Source: Calcarisporiella thermophila CBS 279.70 (lineage: Eukaryota; Fungi; Calcarisporiellomycota). Taken from it: 64,000 nucleotides of DNA. The translations under genes were made by a program, and so were the position numbers. Of this stretch, positions 24,776 through 36,747 are shown piece by piece (positions within the stretch are counted from its first letter, which is position 1; every line of letters starts with the position of its first letter). The notes beneath the pieces were generated by a model. The model was not told the origin of the DNA, ran no database searches, and saw nothing but the letters and a program-made list of their open reading frames with translations. The stretch covers positions 838,515-902,514 of the forward strand of contig NW_027192199.1 of NCBI RefSeq assembly GCF_041956535.1, given 5' to 3'.

Positions 24776-25739
24776 GGTTCCTTCGCGTTATAACGGAGGG
24801 GGGGAGGGGGGGAGAAGCAAGCTGGGCTCAAGTGGGTGGGAAAACAAGAAAGAAAAGCAACATCCTGGCGGTATACCGGGATTACTTTGTTTCATTAGGG
24901 AGGAAAAGGGTTTTTCCCTCTCACAAACGTTTCTCTCTTGACCTCCCCTTCAATTAAATTCATGTGGGACTACGATCGGGAAGAGAGGCCCATCATAAGC
25001 TCATAGGACGGAAAAGATTTGAAGCGCAGCCATGGAAATCAAACAACCGGGCAATACGATTGACTAATTAGGAGTCCTATTCAACATTAATGGCGTTGTC
25101 TTAAATCCTTGTTTAGAGCAACTTCTTGTCTCCACTGCCGTTCCCACCCTCCCTCGCCGCTTCCCGCCTTGGCTTCTTTTAGCCGGGCCTGGCTCTTGTT
25201 GGTGAGAGCTGATAAAGCGTATAAGCATCCTTCTGTCCAATTCTATTGACGCTGCGGCTGATTCGCCCCGTCAGTATAATTTACCGAAATTTTATTTATT
25301 TATTTGTTGTATTCTCTGACCCCTTTTCGGGAAAATTTCAATAAACCATGACAAAGGATTCGGATCCCACGGAGGCTTGAATTAAACCAAGAGGTTGTTT
25401 TACCGCAGAGTAAAACCCAAGCTCCACAGAATTCGACATTACTGGGCTTGCTGTGCTATGCAAGTAGGTTTTGTAAGACTGCTGAACATTATGTGTGGGG
25501 GAAGGAGTGCGCTCTCCGTATTTTCTTTCCTGGTCCCATGAGTCCAGAGTGCTTCTCAGTGAATTGCAGAAAAGATTTCATTTACACAAAAGATGGAGCT
25601 TGGTCTATGAATCCCAATTTGGCGTAGGTTAAGAATATCCTCTCGTCTGAAAAACTCTCGAGGGATGGGGGGAGGGGGCATGAGCGAAACAAGAAGTTAA
25701 AGCATGTAGGCAACCTACCTTGGCAATAATATATAAATC

Positions 25740-26800
25740 GGCCATTTATAAGCCTAATAAGAATCTATTGTCGAACCATATTTCCAGAAACTGTTGGCTT
25801 GCAAAGCCAGCCTCAATTGAGTTTTAGGCCGAAATCTTATCTTTAAGTCACCCATTCACATGAGGCTTAATGATGGGTGCCAATAACGATGTCGAGCATT
25901 CTTGGAGTTCATAAAATTAGGAGATGAAGGTGAACCAATCTGAGCCGTGCTAAATGGGAATATTCAGCTGATATTTTTCAATAGGATCATCTTCATGAGA
26001 AGTTGGATATCCTATTTATTGTAGATTGGCATCGATTACACTGTGTTCATGCGCGTATGCGAAGGAACAATAGCGGTAGAGATGGAGCTTGTTTTAGAGT
26101 TTAATACACGCCCAGCTGCTTCAAGCAGGTGTTCTTTACTTTTTTCGATTTTGTATATTCATGCAATGAGCTCATGGCAAACAAGCGGTTGCCTTCAGAT
26201 CTGGGGACCAAAACAGAAAAGATGGGCACTCACGGTGAAACTATGATTTCGTGCTTGGTGTAGATTTCTACCGCGGTAGTCGGGGAAATAGCCTTCTATA
26301 TTCTATGTTGCTGCACAATCCGCTACGCTCTATTCCGTGTCTTTACATCGACTGTGTTCCCCTGTTATTATACGCATGGCAGGCGGTACCTGGCGCATTC
26401 CCACTACGAATTTTGATGTCCTATGGGTGGGCGAGGGTCAACCATCTTTTGTTTCCCTTACCCATCACCTCCGCTGCGTGATAAAATCCTTTCCCCTGAA
26501 TTCCAATGCTGAGACAACGGTGCCTCAAAACCTCGCCTGAGGGACATGGAATACTCCCTCCTTGAGAAGAGTTTAAAAAAATGCGTGCGAAAAAAGGCCG
26601 GGATAGTGCCCACTTTCCATTTTACCAGGAAGGGAATGCAAGAGACGTTTCGTATAGTGATTTCCATGTATGGCAGGGTAGATCTTTGCCACGTTATGAC
26701 CAAAAGGGTTGAAATCGAAGTGATCGGAATTTTGCATATAGAGTTTTTGTTGATGGATGGTATCCCATTATTTTGCAAGGTCCGACAGAGCCTTTTCTCA
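25740..26800 (-). pseudogene. Possible decayed coding sequence (family uncertain, perhaps heme-oxygenase-like)
   Basis: Protein-like stretches broken by stops and frameshifts (IHQQKLYMQNSDHFDFNPFGHNV, GKMESGHYPGLF, HGSDWF..LLAPIIKPHV). Confidence 0.2.
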
Positions 26801-27066
26801 GCTATGAATTTTAGCATACAAACTCAAATCTCGATGTCGGGGTCTGTTTCCCTGGAGGCCCTGCTTCTTCGACCATAGTTTCCGTTACTGATTAGGCCCT
26901 AATGGGCCGAGGTATTCCAGAGAAAACCAAGGAGAACGCTTCCAGCCTCTGCAGAGGCCAGTAGGGCTGTGCAGGGATTCATCGCGGGAAGAGACTTTGA
27001 AAAATCCAAATGAAATGTGCATTCATCATTACACAAGCTCAAAAAACCAAATCAACATAGACTAAA

Positions 27067-27675
27067 CTAGAACGTGGGGCAAATCAAATTTTCAGAACTG
27101 AGCTGATAGTATCCATCAGAGTCAAATTGTACGCAACCATTCTCGAGTTGCTCGATCAACTTGGTCATCCACTCTTCAAAGCTCGACGCTACCCATCTTT
27201 TGTCTCGCGTTTCGTGATCGAAATGGAAAATCTGCCCGATGGTTCCGCCTTCGGCGGGGGCCAGATCTAGACAATGACCATCGCCGCCCCCGTTGCTAGT
27301 GATGGGAATCCAGGACAAATGCCACCACTCGTCCATTTGAATAGGTCCAAAGGATTCCCCTACCTCTTGTTCAGAGTCGTCGTCATCTAATTCCTCTTCG
27401 TACACATCTCTCCATGTCTCCCATTCGCTTAAAATTTGGTCCAGCGGTAGCAATGTGTAACCCCCAATCAGACCGCCGATTTCCTCCTGACCATTATGAA
27501 TCTTCAATGAATGGCGAAAATCCTGCGGGAACTTCACCCCTAGCTGCTCTTCCAACGACGCTATCTCTGCTTCCGATGCCCCCGGTTTTAAGGTTTTCGA
27601 GTATAGCTCCTGCTTTGTATTGGCATTGAGCCAATTTTCCCAGCGCGTCCACAGCCCTTTCATTTGTTCTTCCAT
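27067..27675 (-). CDS. SMI1/KNR4 (SUKH) domain protein, short bacterial-like form
   Basis: LKPGASEAEIASLEEQLGVKFPQDFRHSLKIHNGQ, WWHLSWIPITSNGGGDGHCLDLAP..GQIFHFDHE..VASSFEEW; intronless, 202 aa. Confidence 0.9.
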   Translation of the reverse strand: MEEQMKGLWTRWENWLNANTKQELYSKTLKPGASEAEIASLEEQLGVKFPQDFRHSLKIHNGQEEIGGLIGGYTLLPLDQILSEWETWRDVYEEELDDDDSEQEVGESFGPIQMDEWWHLSWIPITSNGGGDGHCLDLAPAEGGTIGQIFHFDHETRDKRWVASSFEEWMTKLIEQLENGCVQFDSDGYYQLSSENLICPTF

Positions 27676-28399
27676 GATGGGGTGGAGTCGTGAGCGCGCT
27701 ACATCGATTGCATCCCTCGTTGATTTTATAGGATTCCCATCCAATTTACTCGATTTCTGTCTCACGGGTCAAACCAAGATCTGCTATCTACACATTCCAT
27801 CCAATGGCTTGGCCATGGTTCAAATTATGGACCTTGGCTGACTCTTGGTGACGCGTTGCTTACCCAAGCTCGGCTGCCTATTCGGCTGAGTATTCAAGAA
27901 GGGTGTCGAATGGACCCACTGATGTGAAGATGGTTAATGGGCCTAGCCTCCCTCCTACGTAGATGGGCAAAGGCCGACTCTATCACACCTGCACACATTG
28001 TATCTCAATCTGTGGGATGCTTGCCCGTCTTCGGGATAGCGTCTGACTCCTAAGTTCGATAACACACCGTTTCTAGAACGATCTCTATCATTTATCGTTC
28101 ATTTCTGAGTACCAATAGTGGCCCAATTTATGCTTAGACCTATCGATTGCTTCATTCCAGTAGGAAAGGGGTAAGATAGAGCAGAGGCCAGGCTGAGTAT
28201 GGACATCTATGGCCGAAGTCTTCTCCTTCTACGGCCTCTTTTGCAACACCGGACAAAGCGATGAAATCTTGTGGCAGATGACATCACCATATTGGGTGGC
28301 ATGTTCAGGAAACGAAAAGTAAACAATCACTCTAGTCTGCAACCCAGCTCCCATTGGACACGGGTTCAACGACAGCTCGTCGGTGCTCGATCCCAGGGC

Positions 28400-31300
28400 T
28401 ACTCTAGTAGTTCCATAGGACAGCGCGAAAAAGGGGGCAAATGCTTGTGGGCAAGTTTCATCTCATAAGCATCTTTGTTCTCCTGTCCTCCGACCCATCC
28501 CTGGGCCTTGGTCATACTTGTCACGCTCGAGTTTTTAGTATGGCAATATAGATCGCTGAGTTATCTTGTTCTTTGGCAAGGGAGGGGAAAGCTTACTGAT
28601 AAAGAGATTGAGGTGAGCTGGAGTCCAGTGGATCGGGGAGCTGGGGATCCAGTCAAAATCTCTAGCCGGCCTTGGAAACGCCCGGCCCAGATCATGGAAG
28701 CTCCCTTTCCCTTAGCCGAGAGCCGGTGCCCCCCTTCCCCCCCCTCCCTGGAGCGAAAGGGAGGGGAAAGAGGGGCTCATGCAGTCGGATCCGCGCCAGA
28801 GGATCCTACTCTTTGCGCAAGTGGAGTGTGCCCGACTCCTCCATCCACTACCCCCTCCTCTTCCATCCACACCTCTATCATCACGGTCTTTCGTGGCTTA
28901 TGGGATCGATAGGAATGTGATTCCTCTTGTTCGTGGCGAAGGCGTCTAAGCTTTTGTGTGCCTAATGCTTATCAACCTTAACTGCAAATATACGCCCACC
29001 CTATTCATCGCCGTTGCTCAGAATGGTAGAAAGATGGCCCCTCGTAGAGGCCGCAAATAGGAGGGGAAGCTTATGTCAATGGAGGCGTAAAAGAAAAACC
29101 TTGAGTAGGAGTTTCCAGCACGCCTTCTCCCCCCTCTCTCGTTTAGGCTCATCTCCCTCACTCCCCGCCCCGAGTGTCAGGCTGCTTATTGCGCTTTAAG
29201 CTTCGATGGATCGGCTAAACTTGAGTCAAGACAGTTTAGTATTAGACTCGTAGCAAGGTGTTTTCGGGAGGAGAGAGAGAGACTTGACACTACTAGCGGT
29301 GGATGAATCGTGCGTAATCTTTTACACTCTATTGTACTTGACTTAATAAAGACAATCGCCCTCATAGTTCCTACAAGCAACCTTAACCTTTTTCAACTCC
29401 GCACCAAGAGGAGGTCCCCCCTCCCCCTTCCGCCCGTGGGAAAATGCCTCACAATCAGGCTTCGGAGTTGAGGGGAGCACAAGCTAGCCGGGCACGAGCC
29501 TATTGGGGGATGGTGAGGGGAGCAGAGAGGAGAGGGGAGGAGAGGGCAGAGGAGAGGCCGCCGTGGATGGGAGAGAGCAGGAACTCAACCTCTTTGTTCG
29601 CAGACACAAGCGACGGCCGTGTGCGACGCTGGGTTTGCCAGCGGATTTCGGCCCCCGCCACTGTTTGTTTGTTAGTTTGTTTGGATGCCTTTGATCGCTC
29701 TCCATACCGATGCAAATCGGGCGGCAGATTTGGCCTGGAAAAACGAGACGACAGGTCTGGCCATGGGCATAATTCGAGGAGAATTGGAACACCAAATTGA
29801 TTCATGCGGAAATTCGATTTATAATGAAATTAAAAAATCAGGTTTTACAATTTCAAACACTATCGTCCGTGTGAAGAAAAAATTAAGCGAGACGTGATCA
29901 TTTCCTCCACCGGCATAATTGCAGGGTGCTTACTGGGCGGATCCGCCGCCCCAGGCTTGCCGCTGACGTGAGCAGCAATAGCGGTTTTGTTCATATTGGC
30001 GGGCGAGGCAGGGAAAGGCAATCATGGTGGGAACGGCCGTGGGCCAGCGCAGGTCTGGGCTGGGCCAGGCCACACCGTTCCTCGGATCCGTGATCTCATC
30101 GAGGGGAAGGTTGGACTGTGCGACGCGGCTCGAGCAACCCATCAAGGAATAAGCATACGTAACGGTTTGAGACCAAGAGTCAAACTCTAATGGCATCCAA
30201 AAGCAGAGGAGGGGAGACGAAACACACCCCGCGTTTGCTGTAGCGCGGCGAACAGGGTTCACAGGTCCCGGCGAGGCCCGTGAAAAAAAAAACAGGGCCG
30301 CGCAGCGCCTGCCCGTCGCCCGCAGGCTGGCCGCGAATTTCACGGGAAAGCGCCTAGGTTGCATTAGCGTTAGCGTTGGCGGACGGGGCGTGGTAGCGCA
30401 ATCTTGGGCCAGGTTGGACGTGTGCAAGCGCGAGCTTGTCCTCCGCAAGGTTCGCTGGGAAGCAGAGCATGTGCAATGCATCACGGGCGGAGAGGAGGAC
30501 CCGCCGAGATAAGAATAGCACAGGGGGACTCCGGGAATAGAAGGGGGAGGCGAGGGGGGGGGGGGGAGGTGGCCGAGGGCCAGCGCGCACAGTACATTGG
30601 GCGCCGAGCAATGGTGCAAGAGAGTTTGGTGACATCGTCATGGGCCGGTTAGTGCTTTCCCTTATCGTGTAACCCGTGGCCAAAACCTATTGCAGGCTTG
30701 ACAATTCCCGATTTTCTTGCTACGGCGGTTTCCCCTCGTTTGCCCTCTGCCTCCCAGCCAATTTACCCGCAACAAACCAAGAGTGCCACGGGAAACGAGG
30801 CTAAAAGACCTGAACACCGCGTGTCCCGATCCCCTCTCCTTGCTCTTGTTTTTCCCGCGCCGGCCTCCCCCGCTCCTCATCGACATTCGCCATCTCGATC
30901 GCGGGCCAGCATTCCCCCCCTTGCGCTCTGCTTCCGCGACTCCACACTTTGTGTTTTTATTGCTCCGCACAAACTAAGCACCGAAGCAAGACCCTTGTGA
31001 AGCCGATGAAATCCTGCGAGATAAAATAAGCGTGAAAAGCCTTTTTCCCCCTTCGTGTCCCATTTGCATCTGCCCATCTCGCCGGCATCGAGCCTTAAGG
31101 TAAGCGCTTTCTCCCCTCTCTACTGCCCCCCTCCCACACAAGAGTGGCCTGCACTCCCGCAAGCCATGCAATGCACCCTCCTGCATCTCGGCCTGATATT
31201 GCCAAACCCGGGCCAAGCACAGGGCCGTGCAGCTGTGCGTGAGACTGGAACGAAAAGAGAGCGAGGCGGAATTGGGTGCAGGCCGGCTTGGCCCCCCTCC

Positions 31301-32091
31301 CCCCCCCCTCCCACCTCGCCTCCCCTCTCTCCCGTCGCTCGGCCGCGAGCATTGGGCGAGGGAGGAAGCGCGACTGAGGGGAGAGAGAGAGAGAGAGAGG
31401 AGGGAGGCGAGGGCGCGGCACGGGGGCGAGTGGCGCGTCACTGTTTCTCCCGGCGTTGCCCTAAGGGAGTAATAACCTGCTTGCGTCTTGCCCTCTCTTT
31501 TCCAGTCCGATGCGCTCTAGCTCCGAAGCCTAAGTTGTTCGAGCCCGGGTTCTGGTTTGACTGGTTTCAGGCTTACATATCGAGCAAGATGAAAAGGAGG
31601 GTGGTTGGGAATGCAATGCACTCGACGAGGCACCTGCCAAACTCTGCCTCTTCTCTCATGGTTGTCTGTGACGTGAAACTAACACTGCTTTCCTTTTTCT
31701 CCCCCTCCCTCCTCTCCCCTCCTCTCGTGTCGCCTATATTAATCCCATCCTTGCATGCTCGGCCCTCGTCTCGTGTCGTTGGCGTATTCGTGGGTTAAAA
31801 AAAGTTGGAGTGCTTTTTTTAGCCGTCTTTTCTTAGTCAGTCCTGCGCGTGTATTGTTAGCGAGCAGTTATTAGTGAACGTGGTATATAGCCGTTTCTCC
31901 TTCTAATTCTTGGACCCTCTCCCCCCCCCCCCTCGCCTCTCCCCTCCCCTCCCCCCCTCGCGCCTCCGCCCTCCTCTGCCTTGCTCCTCCCCCTTTCTTC
32001 TCCCCCATTGGTAATGGCTATCGTTAACATCCCCCATCTATCCCAGAACACAGCGCCCCACTTCCCCGACAGGTATGCCCAAGCATTCACC
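28400..32091 (+). promoter_or_regulatory. Long GC/CpG-rich promoter and intron-containing 5' UTR of WOPR gene 1
   Basis: ~4 kb with no credible CDS; GA and poly-G/C tracts; donor-like AAG/GTAAGC at ~31100 and acceptor at ~32046. Confidence 0.5.
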
Positions 32092-33795
32092 ATGAGCGCC
32101 ATCTCAGAGACCTACTTCGGCTACATCGACACCACGCAAGATGCACTGCTCATTTTCGAGGCCTGCCAGCGTGGCCTCCTCCCAAAGCTCAACCGCCGCC
32201 TGCAGGAGAAGGAGCGCGGCATCGTCCGCAGCGGGAGCGTTTTCGTGTTCGATGAGCGGGAATCGGGGATCAAGCGCTGGACCGACGGGCGGGTGTGGAG
32301 TCCCTCGAGAATCCTGGGTAACTTCCTCATCTACCGCGAGCTGGACAGGCGCGGCCCAAGCGGGCGGCGGGAGCTGCTCTCCTCGCCCGAGCGCTCCACC
32401 GCCTTCCCCAACGACCCCGAGACCCGCGCCGAGCGCGAAAAGGAGCGCTCGCTCGTCGGGAGCCTCACTAACTCGTATCGCTTCAAGCGCAACGGCCTCA
32501 TCAAGAAGACGCTGTCGCTGGTCGTGAACGGCGTGAGCCAGCACCTCATCTCCTACTATGCGATCGAGGAGGTCAAGATGGGCCGCCTCCGCCGCCCAAG
32601 CAGCGTGCCCGAGCTCGCCTCCCTCGAAATCTCCCCCGTGCTCCTGCTAAAGCAGAACTTCCGCGTCCCGCCCCTCGTGGACTCGCCCGCCGGGCCGGAG
32701 GGGGCCGCGGGCGCGGGGATGTCGGGCGCGCCCGGCTTGGACCTGCACACCTACCACGGGGCCTCCGGCGGCCTGGGCGGGGCGGATTACAGCCTCTACC
32801 CGTCCATGTCGCCGCCGGCCGGCCAGCGCGAGCACGTGGGGTCCGCACGGTGGATGCCCGCGGAGCCCCCGTCGGGCTTTCTTCCGGCGGCGGGCGGCTA
32901 CGGCTCTGCCTCGGGGGTGCCGGATCCCCACGCCTCGCCCCCTTCCGACCTCCTCGAGCCTCCTCCCCACCCCACCCCGCCCGGCAGCGGAGCGCTACGC
33001 TCGCGCCCCTTTGACCCCGCCGCCTACGCACCGTTTCCCCAGTCCCTTTCGGCCGCGCCCCGGCAGCAGCCGTTCTATCCCTCTCAGCCCATCCCCATCG
33101 TCTCCGAAGCCCAGAGCCTCTCCGCCGAGGGCGGACTTCGGTTCGTCTCGCCCCAGCAATCGTCCGCGTTCTCGAGCTACGTCCCCCAGTCGTACATGAC
33201 CGCCTTGCCCTCGCAGCTGGGCTACGGCGCCGCGTCGCACCCGTCCACTCCGCGTCAACCCCCGCCCATGCAGGCACAGCCGCGTGCCTCGGCCGCACCC
33301 TCCGTCGGTGGCTACTCGCAACCCCAGCCGTCCCCTTCCTACTCCACCTCGCCGGGCACGGGATTCAGCCCCGTGGGGGCTGGTTATCAGCCCCATGGGT
33401 CTCCGCTGGTAGGAGCCGCCCAGTTGTACTCAGCGTGGCCCGAGTATCCCGCCTCCTCCGCCTCCTCCCATCCCTCGCCGGCCTCCGTCCCCTCCTCGCG
33501 GCCGGCGTCCCACTACTCCGCGCAGCCTCCACAGCGCCAGCTCCAGCCTTCCCCCGGACTCTCGCATGGAAACCCGGCCTCATACCCTTCCCCCGCTCCC
33601 CCCGTCCAGTATGACACTCGGCCCGCGCCTGCCCACCTCTACCCCTCTCACCTCGGGTCTCAGCACCCGGGACAGCAGCAACAGCAGCAGCAGCAACCCG
33701 CACAGGGGGAGCAGCAGGCACAGGGAATGTATGCCTACAACTCTGGGCAGATCCTACCCATGTACTCGTCCTCTTACCCTGAGGGCTCATCATAA
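32092..33795 (+). CDS. Gti1/Pac2 (WOPR) family transcription factor, Wor1/Gti1-like
   Basis: ETYFGYIDTTQDALLIFEAC, SGSVFVFDERESGIKRWTDGRVWSPSRILGNFLIYREL, ERSLVGSLTNSYRFK..GLIKKT..HLISYY; P/S/Q/Y-rich tail. Confidence 0.95.
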   Translation: MSAISETYFGYIDTTQDALLIFEACQRGLLPKLNRRLQEKERGIVRSGSVFVFDERESGIKRWTDGRVWSPSRILGNFLIYRELDRRGPSGRRELLSSPERSTAFPNDPETRAEREKERSLVGSLTNSYRFKRNGLIKKTLSLVVNGVSQHLISYYAIEEVKMGRLRRPSSVPELASLEISPVLLLKQNFRVPPLVDSPAGPEGAAGAGMSGAPGLDLHTYHGASGGLGGADYSLYPSMSPPAGQREHVGSARWMPAEPPSGFLPAAGGYGSASGVPDPHASPPSDLLEPPPHPTPPGSGALRSRPFDPAAYAPFPQSLSAAPRQQPFYPSQPIPIVSEAQSLSAEGGLRFVSPQQSSAFSSYVPQSYMTALPSQLGYGAASHPSTPRQPPPMQAQPRASAAPSVGGYSQPQPSPSYSTSPGTGFSPVGAGYQPHGSPLVGAAQLYSAWPEYPASSASSHPSPASVPSSRPASHYSAQPPQRQLQPSPGLSHGNPASYPSPAPPVQYDTRPAPAHLYPSHLGSQHPGQQQQQQQQPAQGEQQAQGMYAYNSGQILPMYSSSYPEGSS

Positions 33796-34731
33796 CCCGG
33801 CCATATAATATATCCATAAAGGACAATGTTTATTCTTTGCTTCTTTCCTGCTCTTCTTTGCCTTTATCTCTCGCTCTCTCTCTCTCTCTAATCCTTATGC
33901 TATGCGACATATTTTTCTTCTTCTTCTCCTTATCCTTAATCCTCTTATGTTCGAGATCCTGTTTGTACTATGATAAAAAGGATGGGGAGGAAATCGCGGA
34001 ACTTTTCATGGGAAAAACTAATTTTTTTTTCGTACTATATCATTACATTTATTTGTTTTTTTATATCTCCCTATCCCCTTTGACTTTATATATAATTGTG
34101 TGTGTTATTTAATTTTCTTTCTCCTTCTATATTCTCCTCCTTTCTCTCTTTCTTGATTGTTTCTCTGTCCTCTCTCCCCCTTTTTTATATATATTTTTGT
34201 TTTTGTTTATTTCATTTATTTCATTTGACGATATTTTTCTTTTTTTTTTGTCTCTCAACCCACGCCGTCAGAAGGCTGGCAGCGCTGGAAAAAAAAAAAG
34301 CTGCCCAAGTTGTTCTTGGGGGGCCACTACCATAGAGAGGAAGGACATTTCTATATTTTTTCAATAAAATAGTGGCTCAAAACCCATATTATACATCTTG
34401 GAAGCGAATCGATAGATAAGAATGATGATGAGATAGAAGAACAAGCAAAAGTGGGAAAAAAAAACATAGCCTTGAGCGTAATAGCAAGCTTTCTACAGTT
34501 TTAACAGAACAAAAAAATATCAGCAAATATAGGTTAGACGGGCAAGCGCGAAACGCCAGCGTTGTCATTGGTAGTATTTTCTAATTACTCTTGTTGTGTT
34601 GGCCGCTTCGGATGGATATAGAAGTGAAGGAGGAGGAGGGGAGAGGGGAGGAGCATGGCATATCGAAACACGTGAGTGCATGAACGAATGGCCGAATGCG
34701 AGAAACTCATGCTGACGGGCAGCTTTGGGGT

Positions 34732-35814
34732 TTATAACTCCTCGGTTGACTCGATGGTGCTAATTCTGCGCACCACATCGAACACGACAAAGTTCAGGGC
34801 AGCCGCCGGGGCGATCACCCACATTCTTGCCTTCATTCCGGTGAAGAAGCCGTTCACTCCCTCCTCTTGCAGGATCTTACGCGCCATCGGCACAAGGCGC
34901 AGATCGACGCGCCCCCCACCGGGTGCTGACTTGCGCGCAGTTTGAATACGAGTTTTGATCAGATCAAACGGTGCCGACGTGAAGACGGCGGCGAGAGAAG
35001 CTACGGAGCCGGAGGTAGCGGTGACGCCGAAATACTGCGCGTACTCCCAGGAAAACGATGGCGGGACATTGGTGATGGAGAGCGTCTTAAGGAGGTTGCC
35101 GCGGATGCCCTCGTACACGGGGAAGATGACGACAAAAGGCATCGCGGTGAGCAGGGAGACCCCGTACCCTCGAAAGAGGAAACGAAGGCCGCCCTCATCC
35201 TTAACATGGCGGACAAGTGCGGAGAAGTGAGATTTAGGCTTGGCAGGAGCAGCGGCCAATGGGGCGGCGGCCAAGAGGGATGCCGCTGTGCGAGGATGAG
35301 ACGACGTGTGCATTGCGTAGGAGCTCGGTAGCGGAGGCTTCATCCCGTTCGATTTCCCCGGCATCCCGGATGAAGCTGCAGGGGAGGGCGAGAGTCCTAC
35401 AGTGAGCTGCTGGGACACCACATCAAAGGGCAGCATCATGGTCAACGTTGTGAACCCAGCAATGGCTCCAGCAAACGCCCCAACTCCCATCGGATGATGC
35501 ATCCATGGAGCCTTGCTTTCCTCGGGCATGGCATTGATCTTTTCTCTGATAAAGTCGTAGGTGCCAAACTGACACAGCCGTGCGAATAAGGAACCTCCAA
35601 CGAAGAATGAACCCCCATCGAACAGCCCCCGTATCCCACGAGTGCGGATCCGTTGGCGAAGGAGCTGGGTGACCGTCGCTGTGGAATTCTGGGTCTGTTG
35701 CAAGATCTTCACCGTACGGAATGGATAAAGAGCTAAGATAATGGGTGCATTAAGGATGGTGCCGTAGAAATAATATCGCTTGAAATCGATATTGGAGTTG
35801 GACGGAGTGTTCAT
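34732..35814 (-). CDS. Mitochondrial carrier family protein (SLC25A44-like)
   Basis: Three Px(D/E)xx(K/R)-type repeats: YPFRTVK, PFDVVSQQL, PFDLIKTRIQ; EGVNGFFTG; intronless. Confidence 0.85.
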   Translation of the reverse strand: MNTPSNSNIDFKRYYFYGTILNAPIILALYPFRTVKILQQTQNSTATVTQLLRQRIRTRGIRGLFDGGSFFVGGSLFARLCQFGTYDFIREKINAMPEESKAPWMHHPMGVGAFAGAIAGFTTLTMMLPFDVVSQQLTVGLSPSPAASSGMPGKSNGMKPPLPSSYAMHTSSHPRTAASLLAAAPLAAAPAKPKSHFSALVRHVKDEGGLRFLFRGYGVSLLTAMPFVVIFPVYEGIRGNLLKTLSITNVPPSFSWEYAQYFGVTATSGSVASLAAVFTSAPFDLIKTRIQTARKSAPGGGRVDLRLVPMARKILQEEGVNGFFTGMKARMWVIAPAAALNFVVFDVVRRISTIESTEEL

Positions 35815-36747
35815 GATCTCTGTTCTAAAATTGGAATCTAAGCAGATGGTAGGAGGGAATCCAGCATGGATATCTTGTAAAAGTGGGAGGGCACGGCGGA
35901 GGACGGTGAGGGGTGCACAAAGTCACAGTCAAAAGATAGCTGAAAAGCAGACGAAATCGGAGAAGAGTGAGGATCTAGTGCCGGAATAATTAATTACAAA
36001 TCTATATATATACTCTATGAACTTGGAGATGTGAACTGAACGGGAAGAAAATGTTTAGTAAGTGGGTGCTATCTTAGCTAGTTATCCCGCCACGTGAACA
36101 AATATTTAAAACGTATGATGAATTTCGAGTGGGAATTGGATCAGCCTACTCTGCCAAAAGTCAATGGGCAATCCTTAGAAGGACAGAGCAGTTTTGGAAT
36201 CAGCCAGAAATCTTAGTAATTCTCGGTGCCTCTGAATTTGCGTTTCCAACGCATGCTCAAAGAGAAAGGGGAAAAGAAGTTGGATACATACAAATTACAT
36301 AGATGATAAAAATACTGATCTTGCGGATAAAAATTTAGGCTTTTTTTTCTCTTCCCAATCTGATAACCATCACTTACTCCAAGGAGTCCCTCCTTGTCCA
36401 GTACGAAAATGACATTTTCGCTGAGTCACTCTCCGAATATTTCCATGTGGTCTTAACAGAGTTTAGGAGGCATGGTTTATCTTGGAAGAGAGGCCAAACT
36501 TGAAAAGGGCCGAGACGGAATCGGCCTGGACCACTGAGCACACAGTTAATAGTGCTTGGTATGGGCGATGCAAATGAAAAAGCCTTTTATTAAACTCATC
36601 CCAAAATTCAGTCTATTTATGCTCAATATAACAGCAAGTAAACGCGTGAGTGACTAGGATTTGCACCTTACAGCTTGCAATCTTGGTGTTTGGTTTGGTG
36701 ACAACAAAAGGGCTCTCGGCAAAAATATTGCCGATGAGCGCCGGGAA

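Noticed and set aside
28271-31798. Many overlapping ORFs including the 247-aa ORF 31055-31798
   Set aside because: Low-complexity translations in GC-rich, stop-poor DNA, mostly with non-ATG starts and no domains.
33837-34335. Hydrophobic ORFs here and at 55746-56170 and 63040-63270
   Set aside because: T-rich 3' UTR sequence translating to F/L/S runs.
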